NCBI GenBank assembly: GCA_009103225.1
Contig: RHPI01003603.1
Coordinates: 47,915-111,914, forward strand
From: Chlorokybus atmophyticus
Taxonomy: Eukaryota; Plantae; Mesostigma and Chlorokybus algae
Direction of reading: 5' to 3'
Length of the DNA stretch: 64,000 bases
Positions 1 to 11,032 of this stretch are shown here, one piece after another. Under the pieces are notes generated by a model. It did not search any database, was not told where the DNA came from, and saw nothing but the letters and a program-made list of their open reading frames with translations. Position 1 is the stretch's first letter, and every line of letters starts with the position of its first letter. Both the position numbers and the translations under genes were made by a program.

Positions 1-466
1 GGTGGACGAGCTGAGGCGCGAGCTGGACGCCAACAAACGGGACTCGGCCGCGCGGCTGGACGCACTGCAAGAAGTCAGTGTGATGCTGTGTCTCTCACAA
101 ATTGACCAACTTGACCGATCGACTGGTAAGATTGACCACTGTGGTCGGTTGGTTGTTGTTTGCAGGAGGTGGAGATGCTGCGGGACTATGCTGGCAAGCT
201 TAGCCTGATAGTGGGTGAGTATGCAGCTGTTGGTGATAGAGTTGTCACTGTGATGCGGTGTGTCTATGCGTGTATTGTGCACGCGCACACACACGCCAAC
301 GCACACATGTATGCAGCACTCACACTCCTCTTGTCTACAGAGAGGATGGAGAGCGGTGCGTACGTGACGCAGCAGCACTCGGGCATCAAGCGCTTCGTGG
401 TTCCCGCCAAAGACAGACCACACACAGCCCTCTCACTCAAACTGCGCATCCGCCAGGCACACACGC

Positions 467-510
<44 letters not shown>

Positions 511-1608
511 GCACACGTGAACGCACCCGCGCCATCATTGCATCTCACTCATCATCAACATCCTACTTCTCTCTGGCAGGCTGACCAGTTTATTGCTACC
601 AACGAGCCTAGCTACACCAACACAAATTTCGATCCAGCGCAGAGCATCACACCCAACGTATGACGTTCATGTTCAGCGTGTTGTATGAACTGAGTTCACA
701 CAATTGAGAGCAAAGGAAATGGATGTGCATATGATTGTCGGTGTGTGTTGTGTGTTCTGTTGCAGGGTGATGTGGAGGAGCAGCTGAGGGCAGAGATACA
801 CTCACTGAGGCACGCCCTGGCAAATGCCACGCAGGAGGGCAGAAGCAACGCGAGCGTAGTCTCAGACTCGTGAGTGTGTATGCGTGCATCCGTGCACATG
901 TGCGCAAGCGTGTGCGTGTGCGTGGGGGGAATGGACAGTTTGACAGCATCAGTCTGTCAGTACTTCCCAGACAGACAATGCTGAAAAATAAACACACACA
1001 GGCAAGGTGATGCGGTGCGGGAGCAGGTGCTGATGGAGCTCGCAGCGCACCCGACCGTCGACTACATCCGGGGGCTCGAGGAAGAGCGCGACCGATATCG
1101 GGCCTCCGCACAAGTAACCCACTCTCACAACATTGTTGCTGTGCGCGTGTTGTTCATACAGAGTGATCATCAATGTCATGTGCCCTCTTAGGGTGAGAGG
1201 AAGCGCAGCCAGGAGCTGAGAGTGGCTTTGGAGTCGCAGCAAAGAGCCCTCAACAAGCTGCAGCAGGTGAACAACACATTGACCCCACCCACATTACCAC
1301 TTGATGGTGTGATGAGATGTGACGATATCATGGACTGTCTGTGTTTCAAACCTTGCTGTGCCAAGATCAACACCGTCTGTAACATGAAGTGCTACACAAT
1401 ATGGTGTGACAATAGCACAGGTTTCCACTCTTGCTTGCCTTTCCTCCCTCAGGTTTCGTCCCCAACAAGGAGGGCAGCGACAACGTGCACGACGCGGTCA
1501 ATGAGGGCGTCTATGAATGATGTCAACCATAACAGCACGGCCGACGAGTGGCGCCGTGAGTCATCCACGAATGCGATGAGGACCTCGAGCCCCGTAGCGA
1601 GAAACTGA
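1..1608 (+). CDS. 5'-truncated multi-exon coiled-coil protein of unknown function
   Basis: GC-rich helical segments bounded by AG/GT: ..VDELRRELDANKRDSAARLDALQE; EVEMLRDYAGKLSLIV; ERMESGAYVTQQHSGIKRFVVPAKDRP; ADQFIATNEPSY (from 580); GDVEEQLRAEIHSLRHALANA; ELAAHPTVDYIRGLEEERDRYRASAQ; GERKRSQELRVALESQQRALNKLQQ; last exon ends at TGA 1606-1608. No family recognised. Confidence 0.6.
458..509. repeat. (CA)n microsatellite
   Basis: Directly visible CA run with a few CG interruptions. Confidence 0.95.
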
Positions 1609-2573
1609 TTACGCAGACTGAAACGCAACTTATGCCCGCTGGTTCGAGCATGTCATATGCATCATGAGGTGTGCATGGTATGTCCGTACATGTCATGCGG
1701 CGTTGTGTATCGTACTTCTTGCAGACAATTATGCAACGTGACACACGGAGCAGTATCATGTGCGCGTAACAGGCGTACTTGAAATGTTGTTGTATGTACA
1801 TGTGATACGGATATGCTTATTATAACATATACCAAGACATAAGAATCCTTATATATGTCATTCATGATACATATGGGCAAACCTCTTTCTAAGCACACCA
1901 TTGGTGGCGAGCATCGATGTGCACATTGAGGTGTGCTTCCCTCGATCTAAGCACAAAGTGCTTACATCATAATCTCCCTCCTTGTATGCACATAGTGCTT
2001 GCATAGGGAAACAATAAATTTTGGTTGGTTTCCCTCGCTGTATGCACAAAATGGCTGGTGTAGCTGTGCTTAGATCAAAGTGTGCAATGCCTACTCAAGG
2101 TAGTATCAATCCCCTGTGCAAATGTGTTCCCATGCATGATGTGCATATATCGAGGTTGTGCATAGTGAGCATATAGAGAGGTTAGACTGGATACATATTC
2201 GATCATTGATTTTGGTTATACATATTAATGTTTTATTTGTCAATTATTATATAGCTCACACATTATTTGCGATGCATAACACATAAACGAGAAGCTTTTA
2301 TGGAATTGATTATGCAATTGATAAATATATATACAACGAAATTTCAGTCAATAAGCTGCGACATTTACGAGCAAGTACAGATTGTAACTTGCAATCAGCT
2401 GAACATAATGTGACATAACGTATATATCATACCACTTGCAATGATTAGTGTTAACCATATCAATTTTAGCGGCGCAAGCCTTTCAGGCTGTGATACATCA
2501 GCGTGAGTCTGGTCAAACCCAAGCCAAAATGTGCCCTCGCCCTGGACCACGATCACCTTAACCGACCACCAAC

Positions 2574-2588
2574 AAACCCTAACCCTAA
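2574..2588 (+). promoter_or_regulatory. telo-box-like element AAACCCTAACCCTAA upstream of AP2M
   Basis: Exact AAACCCTA match extended by a second CCCTAA, about 120 bp upstream of the AP2M ATG. Regulatory function is inferred from plant telo-boxes. Confidence 0.5.
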
Positions 2589-2705
2589 TGCTGGCATTGG
2601 CGTCTTCGTGGGCGTGGGCGGCGTCATCGGTGGCGTTGGGGGAGGCGGGGTTGGGTCTGAACCGTGCATATCACGCTCTCCACCCTTGCCCAGCCGTCCT
2701 CAGCC

Positions 2706-4731
2706 ATGGCGGCGGCGGCATCGGCTGTGTACTTCTACAACCTGAGGGGGGACGTCCTCATTGCCCGCACCTACCGGGATGACGTCCCTCGAGCCATGGC
2801 TGAGGCTTTCAGGACGGAAATCCTCAAGAGCAAGGTTTGCGGTCATAATGGAGCGTTCACTCATTATGTCCAGAAGTTTATACGATTGCCTTACTTACTG
2901 TTTCAGCATGGCACTCGCCATAACAAGTCGTGGCAGCAGAATTTTTCCTGGCCTAGTTACATCTCACTTGCTAATTTACAGTTCTTTATTCCTATTGGCA
3001 GTGCTGCATGTGAGCACATGCAGCATTGCCACCAAGTTAGCACAAGAGTCGTTTGTTCAATGCTTGATAGAGAAGCTGGTTTAATGCAGCATGTTTGCTC
3101 ACATGCTGTCACCAGCGCAATGCTGACTGTCACATGCTGTTACGTCATGGGGTTTGGTCCATCCATGCAGAGTACACATTGCTTGCAGCTTCTGGGTTGT
3201 GTTGCGATTGATGTGTGCCATGACCTTGCGCACACTCGTAGCAAGCAATGTGTAGAAGCCTCATGCCTGCCATCTTTTGTGCATGAATGGCTTATGATTC
3301 GTCAAGTGGCCTGCAAATCTGTACAGTAGTGGAGTTTGTTGCAAGTTAAACACATTCATTATGCGTGCATATGTGCACCTGACGAAAATTCAACTGCAAC
3401 AAGCATGCCCGTATGCGCATGTTTGTGTGCATGCAGTCTGTGATGTAGTCTAGCAAGCATTGGTTTCTTACCGCTACTTCATGTGGGCGCAGGACTTTGG
3501 TTCATCACCGTGCCGAACACTTGGCACGTGCAGTTATCTATGGATGCGTCATGAAAATATCTACATTGTGGCCGTCACCAACGCAAACACCAATGCGGCG
3601 CTCACGTTCAAGTTCCTATCGGAAACCATCGCTCTGCTGCGCAACTACTTCCAGGGCCCCGTGAAGGAGTCCTCCGTCCGCTCCAACTTTGTTTTGATAT
3701 ACGAGCTGCTAGATGAGATCATGGACTTTGGGTACCCGCAGAACCTCAGCCCCGAGATCCTCAAGTTGTACATCACGCAGCGTGCGACAGGTTTGGAGGC
3801 ATTGTTGGGTGCCGCGGGTGCGTCGGGCCGGCCCGCACCCCCGCCCGTGAATGCCACGCTGCAGGTGACGGGAGCGGTCGGGTGGCGCAGGGAGGGTCTG
3901 TTCTACAAGAAGAACGAGGTGTTCCTCGATATCATCGAGAGCGTGAACGTGCTGATGAAGGCGGACGCCACGGTGCTGCGCAGCGACGTCACGGGCCACA
4001 TCCAGATGAAGTGCTTCCTCAGCGGGATGCCAGAGCTCAAACTCGGCCTCAACGACCGTGTTGGGATGGAGGGAGGAGCAGGGAGCAAAGACGGCCCGGG
4101 CGGGGCAGAGCCCGCCAGGAGAGCCGCTACATCCGGCAAAAGTCGCCAGGTGGAGCTTGACGACACAGTTTTTCATCAATGCGTGAACCTTGGTCGCTTC
4201 AACGCAGAGAAGACCGTCTCATTTGTGCCGCCCGATGGCGAGTTTGAGCTCATGAAGTACCGCATCACGGAGGGTATTTCTTTGCCATTCAGAGTGCTGC
4301 CGATTATAAAAGAGTTGGGCCGTACACGGCTCGAAACTCACTGTAAAGTCCGCTCGCTGTTCGGCTCCAAGCTCTTTGCCGTCAGCGTGGTGGTGAGAGT
4401 GCCCGTGCCGCCCCACACGGCCAAAGCCAGCATCGTTGTGTCGGGAGGCAAGGCCAAGTATGTGCCCAAGGAGAACGCCCTTGTCTGGAAGATCCGCAAG
4501 TTCCCCGGCCAGGCCGAGCTCAGCCTCAGCGCTGAAGTGGAGCTCATTGCCACAATTGCTGAGAAGAAGCCGTGGTCGAGGCCGCCCCTCACAATGGACT
4601 TCCAGGTGCCCATGTTCACGTCATCAGGCTTGCGCGTGCGCTTCCTCAAAGTATGGGAGAAGTCCAACTACAATACGGTCAAGTGGGTTAGATACGTGAC
4701 TCGGGCAGGGCAGTATGAGATTCGTGTTTGA
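2706..4731 (+). CDS. AP2M: AP-2 adaptor complex mu subunit; exons 2706-2834 and 3493-4731
   Basis: MAAAASAVYFYNLRGDVLIARTYRDDV, then NFVLIYELLDEIMDFGYPQNLSPEILKLYITQ, VTGAVGWRREGLFYKKNEVFLD, FHQCVNLGRF, SFVPPDGEFELMKYR, FQVPMFTSSGLRVRFLKVWEKSNYNTVKWVRYVT. Phase-0 GT-AG intron 2835-3492. Confidence 0.97.
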
Positions 4732-5662
4732 TTCATTGGTGACAGTTGCTGTAGACAGTGCATGCAGCCACGCAGTCTTTCAGCAATAGGTGGAAGGACT
4801 GCAATTGATGGCAGGTGTTGGGCCACCTGCCACTTGTACATTGAAGATATGCGCGTTGGGTATGTGTGGGCCTGGGTTGACACAAAAATGCACTGTATTG
4901 AGTTTGCTCAACCTCAACTGGACTGTGCATGTCCAGTTTTGCGCTGGCCTCAAGAGTTGACTTGCAGTCATGCTAGTGTGACATTCTCACAATTGAGTAG
5001 AGCATGTGTACAGGAATGTAAGGTGCAATTTGCGTACATAATATGAGGAAAGCGAAGCCAGGCTTCTGCAATGTATTGCATGGTGCACTTGTACAAACAG
5101 TGCGAAACGGAAATGCACATGCATAGTGGCATGCACAGTGTACAGAATATGCATATGATGTATGCAACATGCACGACACTGTGCAATGAGCTCGCTTTCG
5201 ATGCAGTGCAGTCTCCTATCATATTATGCTGCCTGTGCATGGCATGGTCGCTGCTTGTATAACATAGTATGCAAGGATTGTGGCATGCATGTGTGCAGGC
5301 ACATTGCTTTGCACAGTGCATGAGGAAACAACCACTCGTCGGTAAATTCACTTCACAATAGCACTTGGCAATTGCAAATTGTGGACGTTCGTGCAAAGCA
5401 ACAGCTGCCTACAGCTTAGGAGCCAGGTCAGCATGGATGCTGCTGCTTCTCGGCGTGGTAATGACTGCTATGCCAATCCATGTTGCAAATGTTGGCTGCA
5501 ACAGCACGCCATTGTCATTGCTTGCATGGCCCATTAACCTGAGACACTGCTCAACGCAGATGTTGCCTCTCATCTACAAGCGTGGTCACTGTCACGACCA
5601 TGGTTGCGAGTTGTAGGAACACCAAGCCGGCATCAACGAACTGCTTGATGGTAAGGCATTAG

Positions 5663-6972
5663 CTAAACCAACACAGGAGGCGGTCTGTACAGCAGCAACG
5701 GTGAGGCATCTCGCGCAATGCGGATCTCATCACCCAACTGCAGCGAATGGCGCTCATGTGCGCCATCTATGTACAAGCAGCCTTGACGCGTTCCCCATCG
5801 AACATCCAGCGCACTCTCAGGTCCCACCATGCTGTGCATGGACATTGGCACTTTACTGTACACCGCTGAGTCCACGATAGGCTCCCGAACCATGTACTGC
5901 AGGGCTGTGGACTCCAACTGCATTGGAACGCCGCCAGCTGCACAATATCACACAATGGACTTTGGCCATACGCAACAAATTGGAGTAACAGTACGCCTTT
6001 ATATATACAACAGCCTTAAGTTTCAATGAACTGCAGCGTGCTTGCAACCATTGCAACTATTAGCACAGCGCATCTCAGCGGACACGACAAGGACTTCACA
6101 ACATACATTGAGTACAACACATGCATCAAACATATTAGTTGTATGCACTGACCGAGATTGCAAGAATGCAAACATAGTAACAAACAGAGCAGGCTCGAAC
6201 CTGCATGCATGGCGGCGGTAGACCCAGCAGCCGTGCTGACGCGCAATCCGCTAGAGCGCACATGCAGGGAGCTTGCACCCATGCTGAGGCGGAAGCGCGA
6301 GGTGGATGCAGGAGAGGGGTGCGCGAGCAAGACATCATTCAACGCCAGAGGGTGAATGGGCATGAACTTGTTGGCTTCTGCGCCATCTCTCCGCACTGAA
6401 ACCCTAATGCGAGACACTGCCGCAGGCTTCCAGCTGGACCATCCCTCCAGCGCCTTGCTCAGGCTGGCCTCCATGCTGTCCGCCGTGCATGCGCATAGCC
6501 AGCCTGTGCTCCGCCTGGTGTCGAACCAGGCTTCCTCCTTGTGGGCGGCGGCGGCGTTGTCGCCATCGTCAGTCTTGGCAGGGTCGGAGTTGATGCCGAA
6601 GACGGCCGTGGAAGGATCGCTGACGCCGTGGGCGGCGGAAAGAACGGTGCCGTCCCCGCCAACGGAGACAACCAGGCCGACGCCGCGGTAGAGCTCCGGG
6701 GCAAGGCGGGATCGGGTGACAAGGCGGTAGGCGGCGACGGCGCCCTCCTGACGCAGGCGGCGGAGGACCTGCCGGAGATGGTGCACTGCCGCACCGTGGG
6801 CGTCGTGCCTGCTGCGTAGGTATGTCCCCAAGTCCCCTGGCACCCTCGCGGATTCCCCAAACGACGTGTACAGATCCCATAAGCTCCGCTTGACTACCGC
6901 CAACACCCTCAATCCCCCGCTCCCGACGCCAACGACACCGCCGCCGCCGGCCACACCCACTTGCATGAGCAC
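5663..6972 (-). CDS. NADK3: NAD(H) kinase, NADK3-type; exons 6972-6201 and 5937-5663
   Basis: GGDGT motif, GINSDP, RRSTGWLCACT, ALNDVLLAHPSPASTSRF, SSGLRVSTAAGSTAAM, QYMVREP, YIDG..H. Splicing G|CT gives a continuous MHAAGGVPMQLE. The start codon is approximate. Confidence 0.92.
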
Positions 6973-7874
6973 CTCTTCCGCATTGCCGTTGAATGCTCAG
7001 TGCATGCTGCATGACTGCACGCATTGCTGGCGGTCGTGGACCACCACGAGTTGTACCAAGGCCACAACTTGTTGTTGCGTGCTGTGTAGGACAACTTGTA
7101 ACGAACTTTTGCATGACTAACTGTTAATAGAAATAGGTCCTGTACATGGTGAGTCAGTCTTTGCTTGGATGACTTCTGCGTTGCGCCGTGCTCTGGATGA
7201 TATAATAGACTATCTAAGGCACTCAATGGGCCATGACGAAAACAGTACTCACGTAGCACATCACTTGTCAATCCCTGATACTGTATCAATATGCATGGGT
7301 TGCTACATGCACGTGCGTGCTGGTCAAGGTAGTGGCGAAGGCCTCGGTTGAAACATGTACAATCGATTAAGTTCAATCGATTAACATGTTCAATCATCAA
7401 CTTGGGTGTAAACAATTGAACGCATATTGAATTGCAGGAATTATGCGATAATATGCGGTGCGCAATGTGCATTGACGGGTGTTGAACCAACAAGTACATT
7501 ACTTTATAACCTGTGAAATATATGTCAATGTATATAAATAGATTGTTGATATGACTACGAGTTCGTAAGTGTTAACATCTTGACTACGGTAATGCAAACA
7601 ATTGTAGCTCGTGCTGCCGATAGCAACCATCAAATTCGCAAACATAGCTGATGAGTTTCTCATATAACGTTAGCAACCCCTATACATCATCATTTAATGT
7701 GGGAGCATGTGGCGTACTTTAAACATATGAATCCAGCGTGTGAGTGCACTTATAGCAACTAGTTATAAAACGGCATATGGTTTAATGCTTGTGCATGTTT
7801 TATGCGCCAGTAATGTGTGCGCATACTCGTTTATTGATTATGAGATCGCATGACCAATACGTGGAATGAAAAAG

Positions 7875-7875
<1 letters not shown>

Positions 7876-7919
<44 letters not shown>
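7876..7919. repeat. (TC)n microsatellite at contig end
   Basis: Pure TC run ending at the gap. Confidence 0.95.
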
Positions 7920-7929
7920 NNNNNNNNNN
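7920..7929. other. Assembly gap (10 N)
   Basis: Ten consecutive n characters directly after a (TC)n microsatellite. Confidence 0.99.
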
Positions 7930-8349
7930 GGCGTTGTCGCCATCGTCAGTCTTGGCAGGGTCGGAGTTGATGCCGAAGACGGCCGTGGAAGGATCGCTGA
8001 CGCCGTGGGCGGCGGAAAGAACGGTGCCGTCCCCGCCAACGGAGACAACCAGGCCGACGCCGCGGTAGAGCTCCGGGGCAAGGCGGGATCGGGTGACAAG
8101 GCGGTAGGCGGCGACGGCGCCCTCCTGACGCAGGCGGCGGAGGACCTGCCGGAGATGGTGCACTGCCGCACCGTGGGCGTCGTGCCTGCTGCGTAGGTAT
8201 GTCCCCAAGTCCCCTGGCACCCTCGCGGATTCCCCAAACGACGTGTACAGATCCCATAAGCTCCGCTTGACTACCGCCAACACCCTCAATCCCCCGCTCC
8301 CGACGCCAACGACACCGCCGCCGCCGGCCACACCCACTTGCATGAGCAC
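7930..8349 (-). pseudogene. Second, 3'-truncated copy of the NADK3 5' end (probably an assembly artefact)
   Basis: Same translation as NADK3 up to DPAKTDDGDNA, then it runs into the N-gap. Confidence 0.6.
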
Positions 8350-9251
8350 CTCTTCCGCATTGCCGTTGAATGCTCAGTGCATGCTGCATGACTGCACGCA
8401 TTGCTGGCGGTCGTGGACCACCACGAGTTGTACCAAGGCCACAACTTGTTGTTGCGTGCTGTGTAGGACAACTTGTAACGAACTTTTGCATGACTAACTG
8501 TTAATAGAAATAGGTCCTGTACATGGTGAGTCAGTCTTTGCTTGGATGACTTCTGCGTTGCGCCGTGCTCTGGATGATATAATAGACTATCTAAGGCACT
8601 CAATGGGCCATGACGAAAACAGTACTCACGTAGCACATCACTTGTCAATCCCTGATACTGTATCAATATGCATGGGTTGCTACATGCACGTGCGTGCTGG
8701 TCAAGGTAGTGGCGAAGGCCTCGGTTGAAACATGTACAATCGATTAAGTTCAATCGATTAACATGTTCAATCATCAACTTGGGTGTAAACAATTGAACGC
8801 ATATTGAATTGCAGGAATTATGCGATAATATGCGGTGCGCAATGTGCATTGACGGGTGTTGAACCAACAAGTACATTACTTTATAACCTGTGAAATATAT
8901 GTCAATGTATATAAATAGATTGTTGATATGACTACGAGTTCGTAAGTGTTAACATCTTGACTACGGTAATGCAAACAATTGTAGCTCGTGCTGCCGATAG
9001 CAACCATCAAATTCGCAAACATAGCTGATGAGTTTCTCATATAACGTTAGCAACCCCTATACATCATCATTTAATGTGGGAGCATGTGGCGTACTTTAAA
9101 CATATGAATCCAGCGTGTGAGTGCACTTATAGCAACTAGTTATAAAACGGCATATGGTTTAATGCTTGTGCATGTTTTATGCGCCAGTAATGTGTGCGCA
9201 TACTCGTTTATTGATTATGAGATCGCATGACCAATACGTGGAATGAAAAAG

Positions 9252-9252
<1 letters not shown>

Positions 9253-9309
<57 letters not shown>

Positions 9310-9341
9310 TGTCTCTCTCTCTCTCGCTCTCTCTCTCGCGC

Positions 9342-9373
<32 letters not shown>
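9253..9373. repeat. Long imperfect (TC)n microsatellite
   Basis: TC run with TG/CG interruptions. Confidence 0.95.
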
Positions 9374-10179
9374 CCCTGATTGCGATTACGTCATTTAATC
9401 CACAATGCATTGACAAGGTGCTCAAGGTGCATAACGTGCACAAGGTTATGAAAAAGCGCAATTAGCGAAATTGTTGTTAGGTATTCGCCCCTATCAACAG
9501 TGCCATTCTGAGTTGCCACTTTGTTGGATTCTCTTATGGTGCTCCAAGCATAGTGCTGATTGGCAAACATTGATTAGCCCAGAAATTGACAAAGGCTGTG
9601 CATTTTCAACATGGGCAAAGAGACGGTGCCAGCAGTACTTTTGTAGTTGGAAGCGCACTCCTGGCATGAAGTTACACCATGAGCCTAACAAGAAAGGGTG
9701 GGGCGCAGCAGGTGCAGCTGTGCAAAGAGCACGAGTTGCGTGGGGCATTACGGCTCAACATATGCTGATGTTTCATGCACAATGTTCCACCTCATATGCA
9801 TAAAAATGCTGGAATTCACGGAGCACCGGCCGCTTTGCGCAATTGCGCTTTTTCAAAGCTGCGCTTGTTGCACCTCAACTCCACTTCATGGTGCATGATG
9901 TAACCTAATGCTAGCCTATGTTCACATTTACATAATGCAAATAGCAGTGTGGTTTTCGTCCATGCTGTAATGTGCGCAATCCTTCACCAACTACACCCCT
10001 ACTCAACCTCTGCCGACCGCCCTTCCCTAGTTTAGAGCACAAAGAGAGAGCTTGACAAAACAAGAGGTGGCAACATGAGCACCCGCAGAAGCGTGCGGTT
10101 CAGTCATGGCATGTTGATGCCTTCATTCAACCGTCGCCAGAAACTTGAGCCCTCTTTTTATCATGTGCACCTCATGTAC

Positions 10180-10182
<3 letters not shown>

Positions 10183-10217
<35 letters not shown>
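10183..10217. repeat. (GA)n microsatellite
   Basis: Directly visible. Confidence 0.95.
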
Positions 10218-10220
<3 letters not shown>

Positions 10221-10444
10221 CCAAGTGCTGCTTACCGCAGCACCCCACACAAGAGACGCCGCCAGTTTCTTCTCAACCAACAAGCTCCAGCGCTCGCTCC
10301 AAGACGTTGCTCAGCTCAGCTCACTCAATCGACGCCCAAACACAACTACTGGCAGCATATCCTGTACGGTACGTCCTGCTACAGCCACTGTACACTGAAG
10401 CCAAGTCGACCCCTAGCGCAAGGCTATAGAGGACCTACGCTCAG

Positions 10445-10477
10445 CCGCTCCTGCAAGCAAGCTGCTTGCAGGAGCGG
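10445..10477. other. Perfect 15-bp-stem hairpin
   Basis: CCGCTCCTGCAAGCA-agc-TGCTTGCAGGAGCGG; the arms are exact reverse complements. Confidence 0.9.
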
Positions 10478-10503
10478 GTAAGAACTCTGGCAAGTCGTGC
10501 TTG

Positions 10504-10930
10504 TCACATCATCGGTAAACTGGGCTGGTCTCTGGCGAGCCCCAACCTTCTACCACAATGACGCCCAACGTACTGCCCGACACTCATCGTTGGCGTTGTT
10601 TTGTTTGTGAACAATTTTGACCCCCAGCGCCGATCCATACCTGCAGTCCCAGAGCAGATCCATACCTGACTCTGAACTGACAACGACTCAAAGCATAAGA
10701 AGCGGTGCATGCCATGCGGTCGAATGCATCACCCATTCAATCCTCCCAAGCGCGCTCATCTGTTTGTTGCACATGTGAGACTCGTGCACGCAGGGCGTGA
10801 GACCCTGTTTGAAGCGCTCATCAATTGAAGAGCACTTGTATGCATTGTGATCGGTTGTGATTACTGATGTGCATTCAAGCTCCTCTGCCAGACTTGCGCT
10901 GGTGACTCTTAGGTTGCCATGCGCAAACAA
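10504..10930 (-). mobile_element. Degenerate hAT-family (DUF659-like) transposase fragment
   Basis: TSASLAEEL..SVITTDHNAYK...LTPCVHESHMCNKQMSALGRIEWV, then after a frame change HRFL...DRRWGSKLF. This recalls the hAT series V(I)TDNA.NY, TPCAAHC.DL.L.DIGK..WV and TRW.S. Recognised from memory; frameshifted. Confidence 0.4.
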
Positions 10931-11032
10931 CAGCTGCTGCTGTAGCGTCTAATCAAAAGTTACACTAACCATTGACATCAGCATTGCGTCTGCATGTCTG
11001 CGCAACCAATGGGTACCTCCACATTTATCTAA

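Larger units (their letters stand above)
6553..9296. repeat. Direct duplication of 1,367 bp (6553-7919 repeated at 7930-9296, offset 1,377) across an N-gap
   Basis: Identical ORF translations recur at +1377 (6569/7946, 6866/8243, 6909/8286, 7169/8546). Both copies end in the same (TC)n run. Confidence 0.95.

Noticed and set aside
1885-2076. GATCTAAGCACA / TGTGCTTAGATC 12-bp inverted pair, with similar motifs near 63.0-63.7 kb
   Set aside because: Too short and not extendable; no TSD seen, so a MITE cannot be called.
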